In this document: piece after piece, positions 1-10,251 of the stretch | How the letters are laid out: each line of letters begins with the position of its first letter | How positions within the stretch are numbered: the stretch's first letter is position 1 | Origin: Nitrospinaceae bacterium | GTDB lineage: Bacteria; Nitrospinota; Nitrospinia; Nitrospinales; VA-1 | Direction: 5' to 3' | DNA: 64,000 nucleotides | NCBI GenBank assembly: GCA_029261595.1 | Contig: JAJDAZ010000012.1 | Location: forward strand, 11,325 to 75,324 | Position numbers and translations under genes: made by a program | The notes under the pieces: model-generated | Told to the model about the DNA's origin: nothing | The model's database searches: none | What the model saw: the letters and a program-made list of their open reading frames with translations, nothing else

Positions 1-1183
1 TATAGAAACCCAGAGAATACAACAGGGACAGAGATACCGATTTGGGATCGGGAAGATCGACGATGATCGCGTCATAAAACGATTCGGAGTTTTGCATGAA
101 CTGATACGCGTCCTGATTGATGACCTTTACACGGTCAGAGTTTAAGGACCCCTCATTGACCGTTAGAAAAATTTCGTGCGATTGTGCAAGTTTCGTCATC
201 GCAGGATCGAGGTCCACCACCGTAATGCGTTCGACATCCGGGTATTTCAACAGCTCCCTGACCGCAAGGCCGTCGCCTCCACCCAGAATCAAAATATCTT
301 TTCGCTCTTTCAATAAACTGACAGCCGGATGCACCAGGGGTTCGTGGTAGCGTTCTTCATCGTAAGTGCTGAACTGGGTGCTTCCATTTAAGAACAACCA
401 GAAGTCGTCCTTCCATTGGGTGATGGTGATTTTCTGGTAGCGGGTCTGTTCTTCGTAGATGATTTTATCTTTATATTTGTGCTGTTCGCCAAACAGGATG
501 ATGGGCTTGGCAAAGACAGCCGCTAAAGCGACCGCAATCACCAATGCCAGAAAAGTGGATTTTATAATTTTCGCCCAATTGAGCTTGTTGGAAAATTTCC
601 ACAGGATCAACCCCGCCACCAGCAGATTGATGCCACCCAGCAGAATGGGCGTGTAGGTCAGTCCTAAAAACGGCAGGAGCACGAAAGCAAACAACGCGCC
701 GCCCGCGAGAGATCCATAATAGTCGTATTCCATCACCGAGGAAATATTGACCCGGAGCGGTTCATAAGTTTCGTTGATCCGGGTGACCAGCGGGATTTCC
801 AGCCCCGTCAAAAACCCGATCAGACAGGCGATGCCGTAAATCACAAATCCGTTGTGGGTGGTGAATGCGGCGATCCAGAACGCAAAAATAGCGGAAAAAG
901 TGCAGAAAAATGAAAGGCCGAATTCAGCAAAGACATACCGGTCCAGCAGAAACCCTTCCAGTCTCCGGCTTTGCCGGCTTCCAAGCCCCATGGAAAACAT
1001 CATCAAGGAAATCACCACGGTCCACTGCAAAATGGTGTTGCCCAGCAGGTAGCTGGCGAGCGTGGCCAGAGTGTATTCCGTCACCATCGCCGCGCAGCCG
1101 GTGGCGAACATGCAGACTTTTAAAATTACACTCAGATTGAAGCGGGAAGGTTTAAGAGAATGTTTTGATTTCGGGGAAGCCAT
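1..1183 (-). CDS. speE: Membrane-anchored polyamine aminopropyltransferase (spermidine synthase-like); 3' end runs off the window
   Basis: Not in the ORF track (truncated). Manual translation from ATG at 1183: MASPKSKH...FATGCAAMVTEYTLATLASYLLG, multi-TM N-terminus, GLEIPL, DYYGSLAGG, then ILILGGGDGLAVRELLKYPDVERITVVDLDPAMT and IIVDLPDP motifs. Confidence 0.88.
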   Translation of the reverse strand, partial: MASPKSKHSLKPSRFNLSVILKVCMFATGCAAMVTEYTLATLASYLLGNTILQWTVVISLMMFSMGLGSRQSRRLEGFLLDRYVFAEFGLSFFCTFSAIFAFWIAAFTTHNGFVIYGIACLIGFLTGLEIPLVTRINETYEPLRVNISSVMEYDYYGSLAGGALFAFVLLPFLGLTYTPILLGGINLLVAGLILWKFSNKLNWAKIIKSTFLALVIAVALAAVFAKPIILFGEQHKYKDKIIYEEQTRYQKITITQWKDDFWLFLNGSTQFSTYDEERYHEPLVHPAVSLLKERKDILILGGGDGLAVRELLKYPDVERITVVDLDPAMTKLAQSHEIFLTVNEGSLNSDRVKVINQDAYQFMQNSESFYDAIIVDLPDPKSVSLSLLYSLGFY

Positions 1184-1312
1184 AAGAAACCGGGAAGAAG
1201 CCCGCTACGCTCGCTCCCGCGAGGGGGCCAGCCTAGGGCTGGATCAAATATTAACGCGCCATGGATTTATAGCGGACCATATCTTCCATTGTGACGAATT
1301 TTTACCCAGAGA

Positions 1313-1376
1313 TCTCAGAGGCTCGTGAGCGTAGCGAGCGGAGCCCAAGCTTCCTCCCCACGTAGTGGGGCGAGCG
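1313..1376. repeat. REP/MITE-like small palindromic element, family A copy 1
   Basis: tctcagaggctcgtgagcgtagcgagcggagcccaagcttcctccccacgtagtggggcgagcg; closely similar copies at 37598-37664 and 9559-9609. Confidence 0.75.
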
Positions 1377-1395
1377 CCCTCTGCGGAAGAGCCGG

Positions 1396-2241
1396 TCACA
1401 AGCACCAGATGATCAGAAAGGAAGAGCCAATGTAAGACACGGCTTCAAGATAGGCGGCTCCCATATTGGGTTTCTCCTGATTCACCAGTTCGTCGGCCAG
1501 ACTTCTGCCGGGGAGCAGAACGCGGTCGGTCACCACGCGTGCGGCGGGCAACAACAAAAGCCCCAAAAGGACCATCCAGAAAAAGGCCATCAGATTGCTG
1601 GACCAGGAAATAAAATCCTCGGCGGAGGCGGCGCGTAAAAGGTTACCGATGGCGATCAGTGCTCCCGCGAAACCCACTCCCACCGCGACGTTGTCCTTTT
1701 CGATGTGGTCGTGGATATCGTAATGGGTGATCAAGTTATAATAATGACCGATCACTACCAGCACGCCCTGGCCGACGGCCCAGAACACTAGCGTTGTGTA
1801 AATATTTCCTCCGATTCCATAAACTGCGCCAAAAATATTCAGCCCGGACGCGACGAACACCGCAAACTCCACCACGCCGGTGCCGCAGTTCTGATCATCG
1901 ATAATTTCCTTACGAATTTTGAACTTGGAGAGAATGAACCGATCGTTGATCCACGCCGAAACGTTGAGCAGGGTCATGCCGAGCAATCCATATACCAGAA
2001 GGTCGGCCAAATCTTCCATAAGTCCTGCCGAGGGCCCGACGATCACCCCGCCGATGGAGAAGATCAATCCCAGGTAATAGCCGCTCACCACCAGGGCAAG
2101 CGCGGCATTGTCCTCTTCGACCAGTTCGTGGTGAAAATTGTATCCCCTCCGGCACAAGCGAAACACGATATGCCCCAGGGCGAACAGGGCAAGGCAGGCA
2201 ATCAAATAAATAACGGAGGTTAATAAATTATCCAGTAACAT
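1396..2241 (-). CDS. DUF350-family multi-pass membrane protein (two repeats)
   Basis: 281 aa, hydrophobic, with repeated 'ELVEEDNAALAL', 'EIIDDQNCGTG', 'HIEKDNVAVG', 'ELVNQEKPNMGAA' motifs; adjacent to the speE-like gene. Confidence 0.75.
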   Translation of the reverse strand: MLLDNLLTSVIYLIACLALFALGHIVFRLCRRGYNFHHELVEEDNAALALVVSGYYLGLIFSIGGVIVGPSAGLMEDLADLLVYGLLGMTLLNVSAWINDRFILSKFKIRKEIIDDQNCGTGVVEFAVFVASGLNIFGAVYGIGGNIYTTLVFWAVGQGVLVVIGHYYNLITHYDIHDHIEKDNVAVGVGFAGALIAIGNLLRAASAEDFISWSSNLMAFFWMVLLGLLLLPAARVVTDRVLLPGRSLADELVNQEKPNMGAAYLEAVSYIGSSFLIIWCL

Positions 2242-2382
2242 TTCGATAGGATTTATAAAGTTTAATGTTTTTTGGCTTGTGCAATGGCCAATCCTTTAAA
2301 TGAATAGTTGGTTCATAGTCCAGATTGAAAAATTTGTTTAGCCACTTGTTTCCTCCCCTTGTAACGGGGCCACGTAGTGGGG

Positions 2383-3084
2383 TTACTTTCCGAAACGCAT
2401 TCCCCGGCTACGAAAAGAATTTTTGCTTCTTCCCATTCTTTGATTGACCTTATTTTTAAACCGGCTTTGCGAGCGGGTCTTTTGAGTCGCTTTGCGGGCA
2501 TAAAAATTCGGTTTTTGTTTTTTAGTCACCGATCCGTTGGTTCCATATTGTTTGTTGGCGCCGAAATAAGGGCGACCGCCCATTCGGGAATTGTTGTAAT
2601 CACTATAGTGGTTGCGGCTTAAGCCAAATCCCGCCCAGTTCATCACCTGGGACATGAGCATGTATTTACCATAAAACTCCCACATACTGCCGCCGCTGTC
2701 ATTCTGCCGCCACTGGCCGTATTCAGGGTTTCCCACGTATTGATACCCGTTGGGAAAGGGAGTGGTCGTCACCTCCCCGGTGGGAGTTTTCGCCGCCAGT
2801 GCCATTCCGAGAAACGGTTCGTTTTTTTTGTAGTAAGGTTCCGTGACTTCGACGAAGGGGCGGATGTCCTTGATTTCCCCTTTTTCGATACGATACTGAT
2901 GAAAATAAGAAGAGACAAAATTCCCCTCTTCCCGCATATCGTTCAGGACGATGGCATATTCTTTTTCCCCGGCCAGTTCCTTTTGCAGTTTTTCGACCGG
3001 ACTGCTCAGCCCCCCGCAACCTGAAAAAACCAGGGTCAGGATAGCCAGGGAAAAGATCAGCCTTAAAGAATAAAATGTTCTCAT
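2383..3084 (-). CDS. Lipoprotein with Gly/Arg/Ser-rich basic C-terminal tail
   Basis: Lipobox LVFSGC; 'PNGYQYVGNPEYGQW...SMWEFYGKY' core; tail 'RSRGMRFGK'. Co-oriented with DUF350 and speE. Confidence 0.7.
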   Translation of the reverse strand: MRTFYSLRLIFSLAILTLVFSGCGGLSSPVEKLQKELAGEKEYAIVLNDMREEGNFVSSYFHQYRIEKGEIKDIRPFVEVTEPYYKKNEPFLGMALAAKTPTGEVTTTPFPNGYQYVGNPEYGQWRQNDSGGSMWEFYGKYMLMSQVMNWAGFGLSRNHYSDYNNSRMGGRPYFGANKQYGTNGSVTKKQKPNFYARKATQKTRSQSRFKNKVNQRMGRSKNSFRSRGMRFGK

Positions 3085-3299
3085 TCGTTGTTTTGAGTTG
3101 AATAGATTTAAAGTTGCTATGGGAAAAAGATTCTACCAAGTGATACCCTATACGGGAAGAAAAACCGTGTCAATGCCCATAATATTTGACCTTAAAGGCG
3201 TGAAACTCCCTCCGGCTTTTTTTTATAGCAGGAACTCGTGATATATTGCGCTTGAGGGACGCGTGTGGTGCCGAGTCGATCAATTTCCTTATGGTCTGA

Positions 3300-4406
3300 A
3301 TGAGTTCAATGTATTTAAAGTACATCCAACGGTTTTTACAGCGTCGCGAGCTTCGCTATCCCCTCACGCTCATCGTCATTCTTTTTGGCATGATCCTCGT
3401 GTTTGCGCTGGTCTTTTCCATATTTGAAAAAGACGTGACCTTCGCCGACGGACTGTGGACCGCTTATATTACTGTCACCACCATCGGCTACGGGGATTAT
3501 TCCGCTCACACCCCGGCGGGAAGAATCATCACCGTCCTCACGTCGTTATTTGGCATCGGGTGTTTTGCCGTATTCACTGGAATCATTGTTGAGAAAGCCC
3601 TTCAAAGGAGAATGAAAAAAATGAAAGGGGAAGGAACGTATACTGGAGACGGACATTTGGTGATTGTGAATGTGCCGTCTTATGAAGAGATCCAGGAACT
3701 GCTGAAGGAGCTGGACTTGAGCCCCGATTTCAAGGAAATTCGCCGCGTCATTTTGACCGATGCTCTCCCCAACGGAGACAAGGAAATCCCCGGCAGGCTC
3801 TCAAGCAAGGTCGATGGATTCATCATGGGACTGCCCTCCACCATGGAAACGTTGGAGCGGGCGAATGTTCCGAAAGCCAAAGCCTGCCTTTTCATGTCTT
3901 CGGCGACAGACACAAAACTGGATGACACCAACACCCTGACGGCAGGGCTCATCGAAAAAAACTGTCCTGAGGTGGTCACCATCATTTCCTGTAGTCGGCC
4001 GGCGACCTTAAAAAACCTGAAAGCGTTTAACATCGACGGCGGCATCAACGCCACCGACCTGAACGTGGGACTTCTGGTGCAGGAACTGGAAGACCCCGGC
4101 GTGTTCGAGGTTTACAGTCAACTCTCCAGCAACCTCGGGGGTAGCCAGATATACATTAGCCGGACTCCTGTAGGAAGCTGGGAGGGAGATATCAGCCAAC
4201 TCACCATCGGGCAGATAAAACTCGCCGCAATCCGGTTGAGTTTTCCGGCGGATCTGATCGGAGTGAAACGAGAATCCGAGGAGAAATTATTACTCAGCTC
4301 AGGCAACGATTTACAGCTGATCGCCACCGACCGGTTGGTTTATTTGGCCAAAGAACGCTTCGAATGGCGTTCGCATAGTCTGGAAATTATAGGGCAAAAG
4401 GTTTAA
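3300..4406 (+). CDS. Potassium channel protein (2TM pore plus RCK/TrkA-like domain)
   Basis: Selectivity filter TVTTIGYGD between two TM helices, followed by an RCK-like cytoplasmic domain. Confidence 0.88.
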   Translation: MSSMYLKYIQRFLQRRELRYPLTLIVILFGMILVFALVFSIFEKDVTFADGLWTAYITVTTIGYGDYSAHTPAGRIITVLTSLFGIGCFAVFTGIIVEKALQRRMKKMKGEGTYTGDGHLVIVNVPSYEEIQELLKELDLSPDFKEIRRVILTDALPNGDKEIPGRLSSKVDGFIMGLPSTMETLERANVPKAKACLFMSSATDTKLDDTNTLTAGLIEKNCPEVVTIISCSRPATLKNLKAFNIDGGINATDLNVGLLVQELEDPGVFEVYSQLSSNLGGSQIYISRTPVGSWEGDISQLTIGQIKLAAIRLSFPADLIGVKRESEEKLLLSSGNDLQLIATDRLVYLAKERFEWRSHSLEIIGQKV

Positions 4407-4432
4407 CTCATCCCAACTCGAACGCTCCGCTC

Positions 4433-5695
4433 ATGACCATGTCTTCCTTCCGATTCATTCATTGTTCCGACCTGCACATTGACAGCCCGTTCAAAGGGCT
4501 TGCGTCTGAAAAGCCCGAACTGGCGAAAAGGCTTCGGTCCTCCACATCGCAGGCGTTTCAAAACATCGTGGATCTTGCAATAAAAGAAAAGGTCGATGCA
4601 ATGGTCATCGCCGGGGATATTTACGATGGCGCCGACAAAAGCCTGCAGGCGCAAATTAAATTCCTCGGTGGATTGCAGAAACTTTCCGATGCAGGCATAC
4701 CCTCTTTCCTGGCGCACGGCAATCATGACCCGCTGGACAGCCGGTTCGCCACGCTCAAATGGCCGGACGGGGTGACGGTCTTTTCCGGCGAAGAGGTGCA
4801 ATGCCACTCCGTCCAACGGGATGGAAAAATTCTGGCCAGGGTCCATGGCATCAGCTACCCCACCCGCGAGGTTAAAGAGAACCTGGCGTTGCAGTTTCAA
4901 CCCCATTCCGGTGAGGGGTTTGGCATCGGTGTTTTGCACACGAATGTCGGGAACAATCCCGATCACGATGATTACGCCCCTTGTTCCATCGAGGACCTGG
5001 TTTCCCGGAAAATGGATTACTGGGCGCTCGGACATATCCATTCCCACAAAGTTTTGCGCCCGAGTGACCCGGCCATCGTCTATTCCGGCAACACCCAGGC
5101 CAGGCATAGAAATGAAACGGGAGCCAAAGGTTGTTGCCTGGTGACCCTGCAGCCGAATGTTTCTCCTGAGATCCGGTTCATTGAAATAGACAGCGTGCGT
5201 TTTATTTGCGGCACGGTAGACTTAGGTTCATCCAAGTCTCTGGACGATGTGATGGAAACGGTTCAATCACGCTGTGAAGAAATATCCGCTGGAACGGGTG
5301 GGCGCGACGTGCTGATCCATCTGACGCTGACCGGGCGCGCCGAAGCGCATGAAGAACTCCTGCACGCTGACAATGCGGGAGAACTGGCTGAAAAAATTCA
5401 ATCCGATTTTGAAAACAGAACCCCCGCCATCTGGACAGCTTTGAAATTCGAAACCCAGGGGACCTACGATGTCGATGCTTTACGGCAGGGCAACGATTTT
5501 ATCGCGGACCTGATCACGCTCTACGATGAAGTTGAAAACAGGCCCGGGGCGGATGATTTTCGTGAGACCTTGAAGCCGGTTTTTGAAACTTGGTCCGGAA
5601 AAAAATATCTGGACACATTTTCTGATAACGAAAGGCAGGAACTGTTGTTACAGGCACGCAACCTCACTCTGGACCAACTGTTGAAAAAAGATTGA
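4433..5695 (+). CDS. Mre11/SbcD-like DNA repair exonuclease (YhaO-type metallophosphoesterase)
   Basis: Motifs DLHIDSPF, AGDIYD, GNHD, ALGHIH, YSGNTQARH. Confidence 0.88.
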   Translation: MTMSSFRFIHCSDLHIDSPFKGLASEKPELAKRLRSSTSQAFQNIVDLAIKEKVDAMVIAGDIYDGADKSLQAQIKFLGGLQKLSDAGIPSFLAHGNHDPLDSRFATLKWPDGVTVFSGEEVQCHSVQRDGKILARVHGISYPTREVKENLALQFQPHSGEGFGIGVLHTNVGNNPDHDDYAPCSIEDLVSRKMDYWALGHIHSHKVLRPSDPAIVYSGNTQARHRNETGAKGCCLVTLQPNVSPEIRFIEIDSVRFICGTVDLGSSKSLDDVMETVQSRCEEISAGTGGRDVLIHLTLTGRAEAHEELLHADNAGELAEKIQSDFENRTPAIWTALKFETQGTYDVDALRQGNDFIADLITLYDEVENRPGADDFRETLKPVFETWSGKKYLDTFSDNERQELLLQARNLTLDQLLKKD

Positions 5696-5713
5696 TTCTA
5701 AGAGTTTTGACCC

Positions 5714-8413
5714 ATGCAAATACGAGAATTAAATATTGATGGTTTCGGAGTTTTTTCCGACAAACAGGTGACCGGTCTCACCGACGGACTCAATGTCATT
5801 TATGGAGAGAACGAAGCGGGAAAAACCACACTGATCGAATTCATTCGCCGGATGTTTTTCGGGGCCGCTAGAAAAAGCAAGGGGTACAATCTCTATTCCC
5901 CTTTAAATGGAGGCAGGCATGGCGGGCGGCTGAAATGCCAGTCAGCCTCTAAAGAAACCTTTCAGGTGTCCCGGACATTTTCCGGTAAAGAGGATATTGA
6001 TATTTCCCCCGCTGTCGCCGGGTTTACGGGGCAGGCGGCATTGACCTCGATTTTAGATAATGCCTCGGCAAATATATTTCAAAATATTTTTGCGTTCACG
6101 CTCGATGAACTGCAAAGTTTCAATTCCCTGGAAGAAGGGGAAATCAAAAACCGTATTTACGGCGCAGAGCTTGGGCTTGGAACCGTTTCGTTGAAGGAGG
6201 TGGAGGAATCCATCGATAAACCGGCGAAGGAAATTTTTCTTCCAAAGGGAAAGAAAACACAAACCCATCTTCTGTTAAAAGAAATACAAAGGATTGAACA
6301 GGAAATCCAAACCATACAGACCCAGGTGCAGGAATACGATCGTTTGACGCGCCAGTGGGAGACCTGCAAAAAAGAGCAACGTCCCCGGCAGGAAAAAATT
6401 GATTCCCTGGAAGTGGAAAAAAGAAATCTGGAAACCCGCAAAGAGTTGTACCCGGTGGTGCGGGAAATGCACGACATTGAAGCGGACATCAATAAAACAG
6501 GGGAGGTCGTTGAAATTCCTTCTTCGGGGCTGAAAACTCTGGACGCTTGGGTCGAGGAGAGAAAAAGTCTCCTGTTGCGCCTCGATGAAGAGGAAAGTCA
6601 GGTGAATGCCATCAGGATCGAACAAGGCTCCCTGTCCGTCAATCATGATTTGCTGGGCCACGAAGCGGACATCATTCACCTGCAACAATCCATCCAGTCC
6701 ATAAATTCCTCCCTGAAAGATTCTGGAACGCTCGAGCAGGAAAAAACGGTTCTGGAAAAAGAAATCCAGGCGGACCTGCAGGAAATCGGCGACCCCTGGG
6801 ACAGGGAAAAGGTTTTGAACTTTACTGAGTTCAACCGGGATAAAATTTCCGAGATTGAATCCTTCTTAAAAGCGTTTGAGAGCCACCGGCTGGACGTGAC
6901 CAAAGCCCGCGACCGGCTGGAAAATCATCAGGAGCAAAGGGTGCGGGAGCAATCCAAAGGCTGGAACCTTCCCTCCTGGTTGAAAGCCATTGCCAGCGGT
7001 TTCACTGGATTGGGGCTGGTGGGCCTCATCTGGGGTGGGCTGGAGATGAATGTCCCGCTTCTGGTGGTCTCCCTGGTGGTGACAGTTTTTGGTCTGTTCT
7101 TTTTCTGGAAAATGGTGGCGGATAAAAAAGGGTTTGCCCGCGTTGACCATCTGGAAAATTCGCTGAAGGAAAAGTTGAGTCAGACAGAGGTGGCGGAGGA
7201 TCAAAAGAAATCGGAATGGCGGACCTGGTTGAAAGCCATGGCGTTCGCTGAAACCCTGGAGCCTCTGGGTGCGCAGGAATTTGCAAACGCCTTGAAAGAG
7301 ATCAAAAGAAAATTTCTGAATAAGACGGATATCGAACGGCGAATGGCCGACATGCAGGCCTTTTTGTCAGGGATCACCCACCGGATTGAAAAAATAAAAC
7401 CCTGCCTGCCCGATACCTGCTTTGAAGGTTCTGTGTCCGCCAATATAGAGATCATCAGCCGAATGTTCGCCGAGGCTAAAGAAAACCTGATCGGTAAAAA
7501 CAGGACGGAGAAACTCGTCCAGCAACAGGTATACAAAATAGACAAACTCAAAAGTCAGTTGAGGGAAGTGGAAACTTCGCTCAAGGAAATGGTTCAAAAA
7601 GCCGGCGCGGAGGACGAAGCGGATTACCGGGAAAAGTTTGATCTTTTTATCAAGCGAAATTCCCTGCTGGAACAGGCGGAACGTAAGAGGAGCATGATTC
7701 AGATGCGGGTGGGGGGTGGTTCGCGTTATGAACAGTTCCTAAAGGAGATCGACTCAAAGTCGCCCGATGAAATAATGGATGAATTGAATCAAGTCGCACA
7801 CCGGCTAGATGCGGTGCAACAGGAAAAAAGCCACGTGGACCAAACCATTGGGGCCATCCGCAATCAACTCGATCAAGTCGCGTCCAACGACGAGATGCTG
7901 ATCAAGCAGGGAGAACTGGAGGTTAAAAAGCAAAAACTGAGAGAAGCCGTGAAACAATGGGCGACGGCGAAAATTGCCCTCGCCATGCTGGATTCGGCAA
8001 AAAAAGAATACGAGAAAACCCGCCAGCCGGGGGTGCTGAAATCGGCGGAGTCTGTTTTTGCAGAAATCACCGCCGGAAAATATCTGCGGATCGTCAAGCC
8101 TTTGGATGAGGATGAAATTTTCATTCAAAATACGCACGGGGTGCAAACGAAGGTCTCAGAAACCAGCCGGGGGACCCGCGAACAACTTTACCTCTGCATG
8201 CGCCTGGGACTGATTGAAGAGTATGAATCGCGGTCGGAACCTTTGCCCCTTGTCATGGACGATGTCCTGGTGAATTTTGACGATTCGAGAAAAGTCAAAG
8301 TGATCGAGACCTTGACACGATTCTCCAAAAGCCGGCAGATCATCGTGCTCACCTGCCATAAAGCCTCGCTGGATGCCTATCTAAAAGCCGGGGCCACGCG
8401 AATCCGGATTTGA
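5714..8413 (+). CDS. Rad50/SbcC-like coiled-coil ATPase (YhaN-type)
   Basis: Walker A GENEAGKTT, long coiled coil with two central TM segments, signature SRGTREQLYL, Walker B VMDDVLVNFD, H-loop LTCH. Confidence 0.88.
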   Translation: MQIRELNIDGFGVFSDKQVTGLTDGLNVIYGENEAGKTTLIEFIRRMFFGAARKSKGYNLYSPLNGGRHGGRLKCQSASKETFQVSRTFSGKEDIDISPAVAGFTGQAALTSILDNASANIFQNIFAFTLDELQSFNSLEEGEIKNRIYGAELGLGTVSLKEVEESIDKPAKEIFLPKGKKTQTHLLLKEIQRIEQEIQTIQTQVQEYDRLTRQWETCKKEQRPRQEKIDSLEVEKRNLETRKELYPVVREMHDIEADINKTGEVVEIPSSGLKTLDAWVEERKSLLLRLDEEESQVNAIRIEQGSLSVNHDLLGHEADIIHLQQSIQSINSSLKDSGTLEQEKTVLEKEIQADLQEIGDPWDREKVLNFTEFNRDKISEIESFLKAFESHRLDVTKARDRLENHQEQRVREQSKGWNLPSWLKAIASGFTGLGLVGLIWGGLEMNVPLLVVSLVVTVFGLFFFWKMVADKKGFARVDHLENSLKEKLSQTEVAEDQKKSEWRTWLKAMAFAETLEPLGAQEFANALKEIKRKFLNKTDIERRMADMQAFLSGITHRIEKIKPCLPDTCFEGSVSANIEIISRMFAEAKENLIGKNRTEKLVQQQVYKIDKLKSQLREVETSLKEMVQKAGAEDEADYREKFDLFIKRNSLLEQAERKRSMIQMRVGGGSRYEQFLKEIDSKSPDEIMDELNQVAHRLDAVQQEKSHVDQTIGAIRNQLDQVASNDEMLIKQGELEVKKQKLREAVKQWATAKIALAMLDSAKKEYEKTRQPGVLKSAESVFAEITAGKYLRIVKPLDEDEIFIQNTHGVQTKVSETSRGTREQLYLCMRLGLIEEYESRSEPLPLVMDDVLVNFDDSRKVKVIETLTRFSKSRQIIVLTCHKASLDAYLKAGATRIRI

Positions 8414-8570
8414 TGCGAGTGCCGGAAACGGCGTTGAATCAGGTCCTTTCAAAATAATTTTCGCGAAATATTCCAGTAAGGTTTTGAGGCATTTATCGAC
8501 TGAGTAGGCGATGAGATTTCAATTTCCTGTATTGATTGCAATGGATGTCATCCTTTGCTAGGGTAAATGT

Positions 8571-9482
8571 ATGGATGCTATAAACCAGACGTTGGATTCT
8601 GAGCCTGGGAAAAATTCCGGGACAAAAATTCCCGAAGTTCCGCTCATTCGGCTGGAAACTTTGTGGATGCAGGTGGGGGGGACTTTGTGCAATCTGCAAT
8701 GCACCCATTGCTTCATCAGTTGCGGTCCGCAAAACCATACCCATGAGATGATGACCCTCCAGCAGGTGAAGACGACTCTGGAGGAATCGAAAGAGTTGGG
8801 CGTCCAAGATTATTACATCACCGGCGGCGAAGTATTTATCAATCCCGAAATATTTGAAATTCTTGAAGCTATTCTTTCCTTCGGCCCTCTGGATGTGCTC
8901 ACCAACGGAACGTTGATCACCCAGGAGAAGGCAGAAAAGCTGAAGGAGATTCAGGGTAGATCAGACCATCCGCTCAGGTTTCGCGTCAGCATGGAAAGTT
9001 TTGACGAAGCGGAAAACGACAAGATCCGCGGTCAAGGGGCTTATCGGCGTGCGGTCGAGGGTATCCGCAATCTGTCGGAATCGGGGTTTTCGCCCATTCT
9101 GACAATCACCCGTAATTGGGACGAAAAAAGCGACGCGGAGATGGAAGGCAGGTTTCTCGACTTTTTAAAACAAAATAAAGTTCAAAAGCCGCGCATAAAA
9201 ATTCTTCCAGGGTTTCTGCTCGGCAGGCTGGCGGAAAATATTCGCCAATATCAGGATGACGAGTACGTGACGGAAAAATGTTTTGAAGACTTTGACATGA
9301 CCAATCTGCAATGTTCCTCTTCCCGGATGGTCACCGGAAAAGGCGTCTATGTCTGTCCCATCCTGGTGGAACACGATACTGCAAAAATGGGGGACACCCT
9401 TAAAGATACTCTGCATCCCTTCCCCATGGCGCATTCTGCCTGCTACACCTGCCGCGTCACCGGCATGACCTGCAAATCCTGA
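8571..9482 (+). CDS. Radical SAM protein
   Basis: CNLQCTHC (CxxxCxxC), ITGGE, LTNGT; C-terminal Cys cluster (C..CP..CYTC..C). Confidence 0.88.
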   Translation: MDAINQTLDSEPGKNSGTKIPEVPLIRLETLWMQVGGTLCNLQCTHCFISCGPQNHTHEMMTLQQVKTTLEESKELGVQDYYITGGEVFINPEIFEILEAILSFGPLDVLTNGTLITQEKAEKLKEIQGRSDHPLRFRVSMESFDEAENDKIRGQGAYRRAVEGIRNLSESGFSPILTITRNWDEKSDAEMEGRFLDFLKQNKVQKPRIKILPGFLLGRLAENIRQYQDDEYVTEKCFEDFDMTNLQCSSSRMVTGKGVYVCPILVEHDTAKMGDTLKDTLHPFPMAHSACYTCRVTGMTCKS

Positions 9483-9558
9483 CTCCCGTACCGGGAGAGA
9501 GGAACTACAGATGAACACAGATAAACATAGATGCTTGTATATTATCAGTGTGGTATTT

Positions 9559-9609
9559 TCAGGGCCTCGCGTAGCGTCAGGCCCAAGCTTCTTCCCCGCC
9601 TGGCGGGGC
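9559..9609. repeat. Family A palindromic element, copy 2 (degenerate)
   Basis: tcagggcctcgcgtagcgtcaggcccaagcttcttccccgcctggcggggc; shares gcgtagcg, gcccaagcttc and a cccc..gggg hairpin with 1313-1376. Confidence 0.6.
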
Positions 9610-9686
9610 CTTTTCTATTGAGTCGCTTAGGCTAAGCGTGATAGCATTTACCAGCTTTTAATCCACTCACCACAAAAGAACTTTTT

Positions 9687-10241
9687 ATGGCTTTAATGCA
9701 TTCCACCATGGCGCCGCTGGGCAGTGTCGCCCAGGATTTTTTGCTTTTCGGGGTTGATGGGGAAAAGTATTCCCTGGACAGCTTCAAGGAAAAGCGAATT
9801 CTGGTGGTTATTTTTATGTGCAATCATTGTCCTTATGTGAAGGCCGTGGTCCCGCGCCTGATCGACCTGCAAAATAAAATGTCAGACCAGGGGGGCCAGT
9901 TGGTGGGCATCAACTCAAACGATGCTTCGCGTTACCCGGACGACTCCTTTGAGAACATGAAAAAAACCGCGCAGGAAAAGAAAATCAACTTCCCATACTT
10001 ATTTGATGAAACTCAGGAAACCGCCAAAACTTACGACGCCGTTTGCACGCCCGACATATATTTGTATGGCGCGGAACGCACCCTGCTGTATCGTGGGCGA
10101 ATCGATGATAACTGGGAGCATCCCGAAAAAGTGATCCAAAGGGATTTAGAGGCAGCCATCGAATCCGCGCTTCAAGGAAAAGAAATACCCAAAGAGCAGA
10201 TCCCGTCCATGGGCTGTTCCATCAAATGGAAGCAAAACTAA
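9687..10241 (+). CDS. Thioredoxin-family (AhpC/TSA-like) protein
   Basis: FMCNHCPYV, INSND...YPDDS, CTPD, YRGRIDD, SMGCSIKW. Confidence 0.88.
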   Translation: MALMHSTMAPLGSVAQDFLLFGVDGEKYSLDSFKEKRILVVIFMCNHCPYVKAVVPRLIDLQNKMSDQGGQLVGINSNDASRYPDDSFENMKKTAQEKKINFPYLFDETQETAKTYDAVCTPDIYLYGAERTLLYRGRIDDNWEHPEKVIQRDLEAAIESALQGKEIPKEQIPSMGCSIKWKQN

Positions 10242-10251
10242 AAAGGAACCA

